A stretch of DNA of 64,000 nt from Podarcis liolepis (lineage: Eukaryota): assembly GCA_965112155.1 (NCBI GenBank), contig OZ218105.1, one strand, 5' to 3'. The notes under the pieces were generated by a model, which was not told the origin of the DNA, did no database searches, and worked only from the letters and a program-made list of their open reading frames with translations. Each line of letters begins with the position of its first letter. The stretch's first letter is position 1. Made by a program: the position numbers and the translations under genes. Shown here in pieces: positions 12,161 to 24,350 of this stretch.

Positions 12161-14599
12161 CTTGCCAAAGAAGCTGGGTTCAGTGAGATTGCTGCAAGAA
12201 GCTGTCCTAAGTGTCAGATTAGGTTTCATGAATACAAATTCGCTAATGTCTGAGACAGGAGAAAAGCAGGATCTGTATCCACGGGCAGGGGGTCCAGAAG
12301 TGGCCACTTGCACTCCTATCATGGCATCTCCAGGGCTCAGCTGATAATGGCAATGTCCCATCACGTGATCCGAAGCATCTTGAAGCCCACCAGCTTTGCT
12401 TCCACAGCATCCAAAGATGGTAGATGTTGCACGTGAATCACGGCGGAGGCATCGAACTGCCAAGGCCACCAAAGCCATCAGCGAGATGGTGGAAATTGCT
12501 GCCAAGGAGATGATAAGGTACACAGTCAATGTGGGAGGTCCCTCAGTTTCCACTGAGTGAGCTGTTAACCCCAGAAAGGTTTCAGCGCTGCTCTCCTCCA
12601 AGAGCACCATCACAGTGACTGAGGTGGACAAGGAAGGATCACCTGAGTCTTTGACAACCAGGACAAGGTCCTGGGTAGGATTGTCTATGTCCTGCAATGC
12701 TCGCGTGGTCCTCACCTCCCCGCTACGGAGGGCCATGCTGAAAATACCAGGGTCTGTGGCTTGCTCTACATGGTAAGAGAGCCAAGCATTTCGCCCAGAG
12801 TCCAAGTCCACTGCCATAATTTTTGTGATTAAGGCATTGGCTGCAGTAGATCGTGGAATTCTGAACTGCACAACAGAATCTTTCCCAGTAAAGGGGAATC
12901 GAATCCAGGGTGCATTGTCATTCTGATCTAGGAGGTAGATGTGCACCATGATTCTGTTGCAGAGAGGAGGGGAGCCACCATCACATGCCTCCACCAGGAA
13001 CTGGAAATGATTCGTATGCTCGTAATCAAAAGGGCTCTCTGCAAAGACATCTCCATTTGTTGGGTTGATGGAGACATAAGAGGTGAGGTCCTCAATCAAT
13101 CCTTGCCCTGGGCTCGCCAAAACAGAATAAGACAAACGGGAGTTCTGGTCCTTATCAGAATCTGTGGCAGAAACTCTAAGCAGTACCACCCCCACTGGAT
13201 TGTTCTCTTCTATGACGGCTTCATAAAATGGCCTGTCAAAATGAGGTGGGTTGTCATTGACATCTGCCAGAGTTATGGAGAAAGAGGTGTGCTCAGAAAG
13301 AGGTGGATTCCCCAGGTCAAAGGCATAGATGGTGACGTTGTATTGCGGAGTGCTCTCACGATCTAGCTGCTCACTGGTGAGCAAGGAATACTGGTGCTCA
13401 AAGTCTTTCCGAAGTTTGAAAGGAAGGTTTCTGGGCAGATCACACCGGACTTTCCCTTGATCCCCAGAGTCTCTATCCTTGACATGTATCACAGCAACTA
13501 CAGTGCCAGGAGGCGCATCTTCACCCATAGAGCTGGAGAAAGAGGTGAGAATAACTTCAGGTGCATTGTCGTTGACATCTGTGACTTCTACCATAACACT
13601 GCAGTGTTCCTCCATAGTAGGGGAGCCCATGTCCTTAGCCTCCACTTCGATCTCATAGACATTAGCCTCTTCAAAATCCAGGCTCCCTTGGACACGGATC
13701 TCTCCCGTAGTCTCATTGATAGCAAATATCCTGCGCAAGGCTTCTGAGTTATGGCTGCTGAGGGAATACTGCACCTCTCCGTTAGGCCCTTCGTCCAAGT
13801 CTGTTGCGTTCAGCTTAATCACCAGGGTTCCTGGAGGAGAGTTTTCTACTAAGCGGGTATAATAAGTAGGTTTGTCAAAAACTGGATGATTATCGTTGGC
13901 ATCCAGAATGTGGACGGCAATTCGAATAGCGCTAGATTTGGGGGATATGCCCCCATCTTCAGCTGTCAGGACCAAGTGGTGGACAGCGATGTGCTCCCTG
14001 TCCAGGGGTTTCTCCAGTACTAGCTCTGGGAATTTGGTGCCATCTGTACGTGCCTTCACGTTGAGGTTGAAGTTCTCATTGGCGCTCAGGTGGTAGGTCT
14101 GTAAAGTGTTAGTTCCTACATCTGAATCCTGTGCGTGTGGGATGGGGAAACGGGCACCCAGTGCAGCCAGTTCATAGATCTGCAGAGATATTGTGCTACT
14201 TGAGAACACAGGCGCATTGTCGTTGATATCCAGAATCTCCACTTCGATGCGATAGAACTCCACTGGGTTTTCAATAGCAAGTTTGAGATGCAAGAAACAG
14301 CGCAGGTTCTGCCCACAGAGCTGCTCCCTGTCTATTCTGTCATTGACTATTATGATTCCAGTGTTCACATTCACAGAGAAATACTGGGAGTCAGAATCAG
14401 AAAGCACCTGCAGATTGGCAGCTGCAAGCTTTGTCACATCCATTCCTAAGTCCTTAGCAACATTTCCTACAAAGGCTCCTCGAGTGAGTTCCTCTGGGAC
14501 AGAGTAACGGATCTGTGCAAAACAGTCACTCAGAAACAGACAGAAGGCAAAGGCATGCACGAGTCCCAAACGCCAGGCAGAGTTTTCTGTTCTGAGCAT
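12161..14599 (-). CDS. Protocadherin gamma C-type variable exon (extra, downstream of gammaC5)
   Basis: Intact six-EC ORF with TM; first ATG 14599 (MLRTENSAW); phase-0 donor GGCAAG|gtgagg at 12161. Confidence 0.93.
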
Positions 14600-14829
14600 C
14601 TTTCTGAAATCCACAGCAGGAAGCTCTAAAACTGCAAAACAGGAGCTAAATATAGCAGGCAGTATCTCTTTAAACCTCTGGAGGATTCACCACCTATCTC
14701 GAAGAAATATGAAATATACGAGAGGAAAAGGGTCTGTGGTCAGTGTTTACCTCTCTCATTCATTGTTTTGGTTTGAGAGAGATTGACACAGGAGGGGAGT
14801 GGTACACACCGCAGATCTTCAATGCTAAC

Positions 14830-14915
14830 CTCCTGCTCATTGGCTGAGACTGCCTTTCTATTTATCCAATCAGCAGCCTCCTTCCCAGGACAGCAACACA
14901 CGCACCAATCCAAGT
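14830..14915 (-). promoter_or_regulatory. CCAAT-box cluster upstream of the 14599 exon
   Basis: gctcattggc 14835-14844, ccaatcag ~14866, ccaatcc ~14905, about 240-310 bp upstream of the ATG. Confidence 0.5.
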
Positions 14916-15724
14916 CTGGAAGTTGCTACTGTGTGAAAAAGGACCGCGTAACCTGCTGTTTTTAACCTAGAGACACCAGGCTAAACGGCAGACAATGGAA
15001 AACAAAGCCCAAAATCTTGTCTGGTTTTGGCTTCTGTGCTAGCTATAGGACTCTTAGAAGCATACGCTGCAAAGAAATGTTTGCTCTAAAAGCACACTGA
15101 CTCCTCACGTATTACATCCACAACAGAACAGCTGATTTGTCATTTTTATGAGCAAAGATAATTCAATGAATTCTAGGAAACAATAGTTCCTCTTACCCCA
15201 TCCTAAGCTTCCAGATCAATCTCTTTTAGTTATTTCTAGGCTACCAAATTAATATCTAGCTTTATTTACTGGTATTTCAGAAGCCTTAGACTCCACCCTT
15301 CCAATGTAAAAACTCAAGGGAGTGCTTGGTTTTTCTCAGGGAAAGAAATCTAATTGTATGGGGGGGGGGACTTAGCAGTTGCAAAAATATGAAGAGCTAA
15401 CTTTGTGACAGGCAGCATTTGAAGGATGATTTTAAATTATCATTTTCTTATTGTTCACATCCTAGTTCCAGTCCCTGCTCCCCTACCCACTTTCTCTCAT
15501 TAAAAGGCAGCAATTTGTGGGAAGAAATCAATGTAATTTCCCCCCCTCTCCTGCTCTCTCTTTCCCAAGGCGTTATGACTATGTGGTGCAGGGTTAGGTT
15601 ATGAAGAAGGAGGCCCCACCCTATTCTGATAACCGATGAATCAGCCCTCAGTCAAGTTTCAAAGTGTTACTGGAGATACCAGTTTCATGTGGGAAAGGAG
15701 AAAAAGGACAAAATGCCACCTCAC

Positions 15725-18175
15725 CTGCCTGGGATGGTTCAGTGTATCAGTACGAGATAAGAAAGTGTCAAAGTCTCTCGTCAGAGTACTTGGTTGAGGA
15801 TAATCCACAGGCCTCATAAAGGTGAAATCACTTCTGTCCGAGCCGGGAGAATAGCTGGCTCTATAGCCCTGGCTCTGGGAGTCTGTGGGCCTGAGTGTGA
15901 CCTCCATGTATTTCAATGTGCCATCTGAGTTCAGTTGAAGCTTAGGGCTGGCTTGTTTGAAAACATCCCTGGCAGGAGCACCACTCAGGCTGCAGCAAGA
16001 AGAACCCCTGGCTTTTTTATTCCGAAAGCATTTTGCAGACAAGATGATGAACGTAACGAGGGACACAATGCTAACTGCCACCAGCGCAATAATCAGATAG
16101 AGGGTCAGGTCAGATTTTTCTTTGGGGTGAGTCAGGAAATCACGAGACTGGGGCCTTTCCTCAGTTACTTTATCCTCCAATGAGACCACGATGGTGACGG
16201 TGGTAGACAAAGGTGGTTCTCCATTGTCCTTCACTAGTACAAGGATTTTCTGTGCTGGGAGATCTGTTTCCTGGAACTCCCGAACAGTCCAGATTTCCCC
16301 AGTGTAGGGAGCCACTCGGAACAAGGAGGGGTCAGTAGACTGGGAAAGCAAGGAGTAAGAAAGCCAGGCATTGTGGCCAGAGTCTGCATCCACGGCAGTG
16401 ACTTTGGTGACCACATAGCCTGCCGATGCAGACTGAGGGATCCTCTGGATTGCAGACAGTTCCCGACCAGTCACTGGGTGCAAAACAACAGGCGTGTTAT
16501 CATTCTGATCCATTATGAAGAGGTAGACAGTGACACTGGAGCTCAGTTGGGGTGACCCAGCATCATGCACCATGATGGGGATTTGCAGCACCTGCAGCGT
16601 TTCATAGTCAAAAGAGTGCTGGGCATAGACATTCCCATTGTCTGGGTTGACGTAAATGAAAGAAGAGACTGGAGCATCTTGAATGGGGCTTCCTGCCACT
16701 GAGTACGTGAGCCGGGAATTGTCCCCCTCATCAGGATCAGAGGCCGCCACAGTGCATAGCAGAGAGCCAGGTGGATTGTTCTCCTTCAAGAAGGAGTTGT
16801 AGAAGGGCTGAGAGAAGTACGGGGCATTGTCATTAACATCTGAAATGTTCAGCAAGATGGTGACATCTGTGGTTAGAGGTGGGGACCCTGAATCTTGGGC
16901 CGTCAACTTGATAGTGTATCGAGAAACTGTTTCTCTATCCAGTTTCTCAGAGGTAATCAAAGAATAGTGGTTTTCAAAAGATTTAATTTTAAAGGGCAAG
17001 TTTGGTGATATTTGTAAGCTCACCTTTCCATTGGCACCTGAATCTTGGTCTCGCACATTGAAAAGCCCTACCACTGTCTCTAAAGGGGTGTTTTCTGGCA
17101 CGGGGTTTACCAGAGAGGTAAGGAGAACCTCTGGGGGGTGGTCGTTCTCATCTTCAACTTCCATTTGGATTACACAATGGCCTTCCATTTGAGGAATGCC
17201 CTTGTCCCTGGCCCTTACATGAAGCTCATAAAAATGAGATTCTTCGAAATCCACAACTCCTTGGACCCGGATCTCACCTGTGTGGGGATCCAAGCCAAAC
17301 AACTTCTGGATGGAATCAGGTGTGTGGATTCCAAAGGAATACTGTATTTCCCCATTAGAACCCGCATCAGGGTCAGTTGCATTAAGTCTGAAAAGCAAAG
17401 AGCCTACAGGGATGTTCTCCGAAAATCTTATCTTGTACAAAGGAAGGTCAAATGCAGGCTCATTATCATTATTATCCAGGACCACAATGGTGATCAGAGC
17501 TGTTCCTGACAGTACAGGGTCCCCCCCATCACAGGCAGTCAGGATGAGCTGGTGTTCCGATTGTTGCTCTCGGTCCAAAGGTTGCTCTAGCACCAGCTCA
17601 GGTAAAAGCTTGCCATCGTTCACATTCTTTACATTAAGTGAGAAGTGGGGGTTGGGGCTGAGTCGGTAGACACTGACTGCATTGGTCCCCACGTCCGCAT
17701 CATGAGCGCTCTCCAGTGGAAAGCGAGACCCTGTGGCGGCAGACTCTGCTATCCTCAGCACAAGCTTGGGGGTGAGGAAACCGGGGGAATTGTCATTTAA
17801 GTCCAGGATCTCTACCTCCAGGTGAAAGAGCTCCAAGGGATTTTCTATGACTACTTGGACTGGCAAAATGCACCCCGAGCTTGCTCCACACAGGGTCTCT
17901 CGGTCTATCTTTTCATTCACTATCAGAGCACCGTTGGCCAAGTTAACTGCAAAGTACCTCTTGCTCTCCTCAGAGCCCAGCCTCAGCCTGCGCCGGGAAA
18001 GGTCTGCCACCGTTAAGCCCAAGTCCTGAGCCACCTTTCCCACCACGGTGCCCAGCTCCGATTCCTCCACCACGGAATAGTGGATCTGTCCTGTAACCAA
18101 CGCCCGGCTGAACAGCAAAAACAAACCCAGTACTTGCCATTTGAAAGAGGGTTGCCGGGACAAATGTGGCTCCAT
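15725..18175 (-). CDS. PCDHGC5: Protocadherin gamma C5 variable exon
   Basis: KWQVL..GQIHYSVVEESELGTVVG.VAQDLGL..RRLRLGSEE and DGTLKYMEVTLRPTDSQS match human gammaC5 as recalled; donor AGGCAG|gtgagg at 15725, phase 0. Confidence 0.92.
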
Positions 18176-19704
18176 TTCAGAAAAAAGTCCCCTTCCAGAA
18201 GGAGTCTTTGTGATATCCCAGGGATAAGGAGGCTCCAGGACCTGGATGAATGCTGTTTTTCAAATCCCTCGGTATTTCCTTCCAAATGAGTTAAAGTAGC
18301 TTTTGAGCTTGCCTAGCTGCAGCAACAGAATGTTAGTCAGAGAGTTGAGGGGGTGGATTGGGGGAGGGAAGCTGAATTACAGCCATAGCGACGGAGGAGG
18401 AAAGTCAAGGCAGAAAGAGCTGATCCCCCCTCCCCCCAAAATCTGGATCAGCACCTGACTAGATGACAGCTCCATCCACTCTCCACCAGTGACAAGTCCA
18501 CCTACACTCTTAAAGCTGCTGCAGCACATGAAGTTGGGAGACCAGGACTGATCACCCCCATACCTCAACCCTAAATGTAACCAAGAGGCTGGTTTGCCAC
18601 TGGTTTTGGCAGCTAAGTTTAGCAGCTCAGATTCTTGTTCTCAAGGAAACAGCACGTCCGGGAAGCATGAACGGTACAAATCCTCATTGTTCACATTAGC
18701 TAGATTCATTCCATCTCATCTGAACAAAAGACAAACTCTCAGCTGTAGGGGATACAGAACCATAGTCTCTCTGGCAAACAACTGGTCCGATTTTTCACTT
18801 GCAGTGAAAAAGGTATTTGTTACAGTCGAAAAGACGAAAGATAGGGAGAAACTCTCACAGAAAGTGCTTTAGCATTTTGCGACGCAGCTTCAATAAATGC
18901 ATTTAAAACTCTTAGTCATTACCAAGGCAAAACAGACCCTTTCAGAATGTTCATTTTCAAATGCAGACATGGGAACCTCCACCACACAGTGAAGAATGCA
19001 CAATCTTCAAAATTGCTTAAGGCCTCCCAGCTCTATTCATTGGCCTTTCCAAAATTAGAACACCACAATCAATGCAGCAGTATTTCTAAGTAGAACCATT
19101 GTAACCCAAAGACCATGGTGTGGCTTTGAATGTCAGGGACCCACATACCAAGTAGTTTTTAAGCTGTGGTGTTAAGGCACTTTCCAATAATGAAACACCC
19201 AAGTACAGATTCACAGAACTGTGATGGACTCAGTGAGTGGACCATTTTTCTTAAGATGGGGTGCCTCATTCTTGATGCATTCCCGACTTATGATGCTCAG
19301 CACTTTTTCTTTCCCCTCTTTCCACCAAGCTTTCAAAAACATCAGAAAAACAAATATTTGACAACCTCCCCTGGAAAATCATTTAACTGCTGGATTTATT
19401 TTTCGGTTAGAAACTTTTTGCTGCTTGTTAACCTAAATCTAAGTACCAGTAGTTTAAAAGCATTACTTCTTGCCAAATATCCACAGGGTGAACAATTGCT
19501 AATCTTCCCAAGCTTCTTCTAAAATAGCCTATCTCCTTGAAGAATCTCAAATCCAACAAAATGCTTTTTAATTTACAAACTGACCACCTTAACACAAAGG
19601 CTGCCTGACATTGCCATTGCATCTGTGACCTCTATCCCTGGAGATTGTTACAGAATCACAGGGTGCTACACGACATAGTTATAGAACAGTATTTCATGCC
19701 TCAC

Positions 19705-22155
19705 CTCGTTTGGCTCTCGGGAAAGGCTGCAGGCCAGAAGTGTGCCTGTGCTGTTGATATCCTGCTGAGTGACTGGTGTAGCTATCCTGAAATTCCTCCC
19801 TTCTGAAAAGTGGGTCTGGCCAGGCCTTAGGAGGGTAAAAGGAGAAACAACATCTCCCCCAATGAAGGCTGTAGGGAATTCCATTTTTTCCTCCTGGCTC
19901 AAGCGTACTGAGAACGTGTCAAAGTGTCCTCCCACAGGAATAGAGTTCCTACCCTTCAGGTCGCTGGTCCAACCCACATCTGAGTGTCTTCCTTTCAATC
20001 TTTTAAGACACTTCATAGCTAAAAACACAAAGGCCAGAGCAGAAAGTCCTGAGATTGTGATTAGAGCAATAATGAGTTGCAAGGTCAGGTGAGACAGCCC
20101 TTCTTGTTCCATGCTGGACTCTCTGAGGTCTGCTGCGCCCAACTCATGCTCATGCTCTAGATTAAGAATCAGAGTGGCTGTGGCAGACAGAGGTGGCTTC
20201 CCATTGTCCAAGATCTCAACAACCAACTCTTGGGAAGGGGCGTCTTGTTCCAGGAGGGCTCGGACGGTTCGGATCTCTCCTGTGAACGCTGAGACTTGGA
20301 AAAGGCTTGGGTCTGTGGCTTGCTGCAGCTTATAAGAAACCCATGCGTTCTGCCCAGAGTCTGCATCCACAGCTGTGACTTTGGTTACCAGGTAACCTCC
20401 TTGTGCAGAAAAAGGAACTGGCTGCTGGGCTAGGACCCCCTTCTTGGTTACAGGGTATACAACGAGAGGAGCATTATCATTCTGGTCTATGATGAAGATG
20501 GAGACAGTCACATTGGCACAGAGTGGAGGAGAACCATTATCCTTAGCTTGAATCTGGAAAACCAGTTGCTGGGTTTGCTCATAGTCAAATGAGCAGCCAC
20601 TGTAGATAGTACCGTTCTCCATAACATAGACATAGGAGGAAATGGGCATTCCATTTATGATATGCTCCACTAATGAATAAGACAGGTGTGAGTTCTGCCC
20701 CAGATCAGGGTCAAAGGCAGATATAGAAATGATTGGCAGCCCCAGAGCATTGTTCTCAGTTACGAGGGTCTCATATGCAGGCTGTGAGAAGTGGGGTGGG
20801 TTATCGTTCAGGTCAGATATATTTACAAGGAAGTTTCTTTGACTGGAGAGAGGCGGAGAACCAGAATCCGTAGCTGTGATCATAACTTTGTACTGTGAGA
20901 TTTCCTCCCGATCTAGGGGGCCACTGGTGATCAAAGAGTAGTGGTTCTTGAAGGAAGGTACAATCTGGAAGGGGACATCTGCAGGGAGATGAAGCTGTAC
21001 TTCTCCATTTTCCCCAGAATCTGCATCACTGACTCTGAGGAGCCCTGCTGTGGTACCTGGGGGAGCATCTTCTGGTATGGTGGTGGTGAGGGAAGTGAAC
21101 CTAATGATAGGCTCATTGTCATTCACATCCACTACCTCCACTAAGATGTTGCAGTGTGCATCCATGGAAGGTGACCCTTGGTCTTTGGCCCTCACATCAA
21201 TTTCATACAATGTGTCATCTTCGTAATCCACACTTCCCAGGACTCTTATCTCCCCAGTCTCCTCATTAAGGCTGAACATTTTCCGGATTTTCTGTGGAGT
21301 GTGGCTGCTGAAGGAGTAGGAAACTTTCCCATTTGCCCCCTCATCATTGTCTGTAGCTTGTAAAAGTATCACAAGGGCCCCCACTGGGGCATTTTCTAGT
21401 AGGCTAACTTTGTACACCGACTGGTTAAAGACAGGTGGATTGTCATTGGCGTCTATGACTGACACGAGAATCTTTGCTGTCCCGGATTTAGCAGGAACTC
21501 CTCCATCCAGGGCTGTAAGCACCAGGGGGTAGCGCTGCTGCTGTTCTCTATCCAGCGCCTTCTCTAACACCAGCTCAGGTTTGCTGCCGCCTTTATGTGA
21601 CTTAACACTGAGGCTGAATTGTCCACGTGGACTCAGCTGGTAGGTGCTGACTGAATTCATGCCAACGTCCAAATCTTCAGCACTTTCCAGGGGGAAGCGG
21701 GCCCCTGGCATTGCAGACTCTGCTATCTCCAAATGGGTGAGACTGGTAAGAAAAACTGGGTCATTGTCATTCACATCCAAGAGCTCAACTTCCACACGAT
21801 GGGAGGCTGTTGGGTTTGCAAGTAGGAGCTCCAGATAGAGCAGGCAGTGTAAGCTGGGCCCACAAAGCTGCTCTCGGTCCAGCCGTTCTTTCACGACCAA
21901 GACACCATTTGGCACCTTGGCTTCGAAGTACTTTTCAGCAGAGCCAGCCATGATCTGCAGCTGTCGGGAGACCACCCGGGCAGCATCTAGACCCAAGTCT
22001 TTAGCCACATCCCCAACAAAGGCCCCAGGAGCTAACTCCTCAGGAATCGAATAACGGAGCTGGGTCATCTCTCCAGCACACTGGAGAGAGACAGAAACCA
22101 AAAGCAAAGCTCTTACTTGCCATGGCAGGAGTAGTCTTTCTTCCAGAGACAGCAT
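19705..22155 (-). CDS. Divergent C-type gamma variable exon between the gammaC4 relic and gammaC5 (orthology uncertain)
   Basis: Intact six-EC ORF; first ATG 22155 (MLSLEERLLLPWQV); donor AACGAG|gtgagg at 19705, phase 0. EC1-EC2 lack gammaC4 hallmarks, though EC5-TM has some C4-like words (FDYEQTQ, DLRESS). Confidence 0.9.
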
Positions 22156-23039
22156 AATGTCGCCAGAATTTCCTCTTCCTTTGCTGGACTTCTGTCCTCT
22201 CTGATTCCAGCACAGCCAAGGAAACAACACAGAATCCCGGGTTAGATCACGCAAGGGATGAGAAAGCGGCGCACCATCTGCATCTTTTCTCTGTTTTTCT
22301 TCCACAGAAAACAGCAGCGGTGCCTAGTCCGTATCGGAATCAAGAGGGGAGGAGCTTTGTTGTCCATCAAAGCAGATACAGGGCTCCTGGAATCAAGGAA
22401 GCGCCTGGCTGTTTGCAATGGACCACTCATTCTCCCCCTCCCCAGCTCCAGCAATGGGGTGGGGGAGGTCTTAAAGCGCCAGTGCAAATGTTGAAGAGCT
22501 GGGAGCCCATTCGCCAGCTGTCAGTGACTGGATTTCCCAAGATAATTATATGAACAATAAATCCTATGTCATTACAAGCTTTTGAATTCATTAATGAATG
22601 TCACAAGCATTTAAATTCAATAATGAACACTCTTTGTTTGGAATGGTTGGGGTTATAAGCTAAACCAGCAAACTGCATATTTTGCAGATTTTTTAAAAAA
22701 TAGAATGCAACAAACACCAGTGGCTGCACAATTAAGTGATATACTGCCATTTGCTGGATATAAGATCATGTTAAAAGATCCATTGACTGTCTGCCTGAAT
22801 TTCCTTTAAATGAATGGCATTCAATAATCGATGCAGGAGAGCTCTTCAAAGCTCATTCCAAATGGAGTATACTAGAGTCTCTCCATATACCCTTTCCTGA
22901 ATTTCAGGAGTTTTGCAGCCAGTGCACAAAACAGAATAAACCATGACATCACAAAGGAAATTTTTAAGCCTCTGGAGTGAAAGGTTAGGAGGAGCAAGGT
23001 TAAAAAGAGTTTTATGAGCAAGAACCTGGTCCCTGATGT

Positions 23040-24350
23040 TCCCAACAAACAGCTTCCATAGTGGAGACAACTAAGATAATAGTTAGGGAAGGGGTCAGGT
23101 CAAGGAGATTCATGGACTTCCTGGAAAAGATGAAAGAAATCTAGGAATAGAAGTATTTTCTCTCCCCTAAAGGTAGACAATGCCTTCTGAATGTTGTCAT
23201 GGTAGACTTCAGTGAAGAGGTAGATGAGGCACACTGCTGTTGAAAAAGTGGTGTCCTCTGTCTTATGTGCTTGCACTGGAAGCACCTGGATTTGCTCCTA
23301 GTGGCATCATGTGTGGTTGAGAAGCTGGGCACCTCCCGTGTGTGAGATTTCACAGTAGAAATGAAACAGACAGAATGTATTTACGGTGATGGTTCTTCTC
23401 CAGGAGTACTGTGCAGATAATATAGGTTGTTCGTATTGCATTTGTTATTCTGTTAGCTAGATTGGTCTTTACTGTCCAGAGGAGTATTTGTGACTAAAAC
23501 CTGGTTTTGAAACACGGCCCATGGCTTTAAACGCAAGCATCTGGGAATACTGGCAATCACTGCTGCTCCACTGCCTCTGGAGTGAGCTGCTTGCTATGTG
23601 CAGAGACATGCTCTCTGGCACGGACAAAGTTTGTTTTGACCAAAAACAATATCTTTTGGGTATTTGGGGACATAAAAAATGTGCACCACCATATGTTCCA
23701 TGGCAAAGACGTCCACCTCATTTTATCATTAAACTTATAGCTTCTATTTTATAGGCAAGCCTCCTTTTCACCACAGCTGTGACTTCCCAATAGTCACATA
23801 TGACCCAGCTGGAGTATAGTTGCATCGGGTGGAGTCCCCCTATATATGGAATTGCCATACTAAGTAAGGTGTTGCTCCAATATAGAGCTTTCAGGACCAA
23901 GCAATGCTCAACTTCCTTAATTCCCGGTCAATGTTTTTCAAAGACGCAAGTTCAGATCTCTTCACATCAACAGACAAGAAAGTCTTAACAAGTAAGTGAT
24001 GATGGAACTGCTGCTTGTTCTACTAACCAAGGAATGTTAATTTCTCTGATTCTAAATATCTCTCTGTGTCACAGGCCCTGGAGAAGGTAGGAATCGTCAG
24101 CACCTGCATTTCCCACTTCTGCCTGATACATTTCCATGGATCTTCTTACATCCATTTTGACTCCATGAAGGAGCTTGACTCACATGTACACAGGGACTCA
24201 CAGTTTACAGGTGCCTTTCAAAGAAGTAAAAATCTATTTCCACAGTTATCATCTCACTAATCAACTATTATATAGCAGTCGTTTGGGGATGCAATTTCCC
24301 GTTCTTTGCTATGATTTCTATGTAACCTAAACTCACCCTTCTAGTCCACT
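23040..24350 (-). pseudogene. Decayed gammaC4-like variable exon (frameshifts, stops, large deletions)
   Basis: Colinear minus-strand motifs: SLGYI (~24330), PVNCESLC (24188-24211), EMYQAEV (24114-24134), DVKR (23957-23968), DRE..HCLVLKAL (~23885-23930), YKFND..GG..AMEH (23693-23739), VPES (~23615), FQNQVLVTNTPLD (23474-23512), TM-like LTPSLTIILVVS (~23065-23100). Confidence 0.75.

Noticed and set aside
19705-22155. Labelling this exon PCDHGC4 by position
   Set aside because: The C4-type EC1-EC4 motifs are found in the adjacent relic instead; symbol withheld pending phylogeny.
22156-22305. N-terminal extensions in the ORF track for the exons starting 22305, 14614, 11312 and 32571
   Set aside because: They start at GTG or TTG; in a vertebrate the first ATG before the signal peptide is the likely start.
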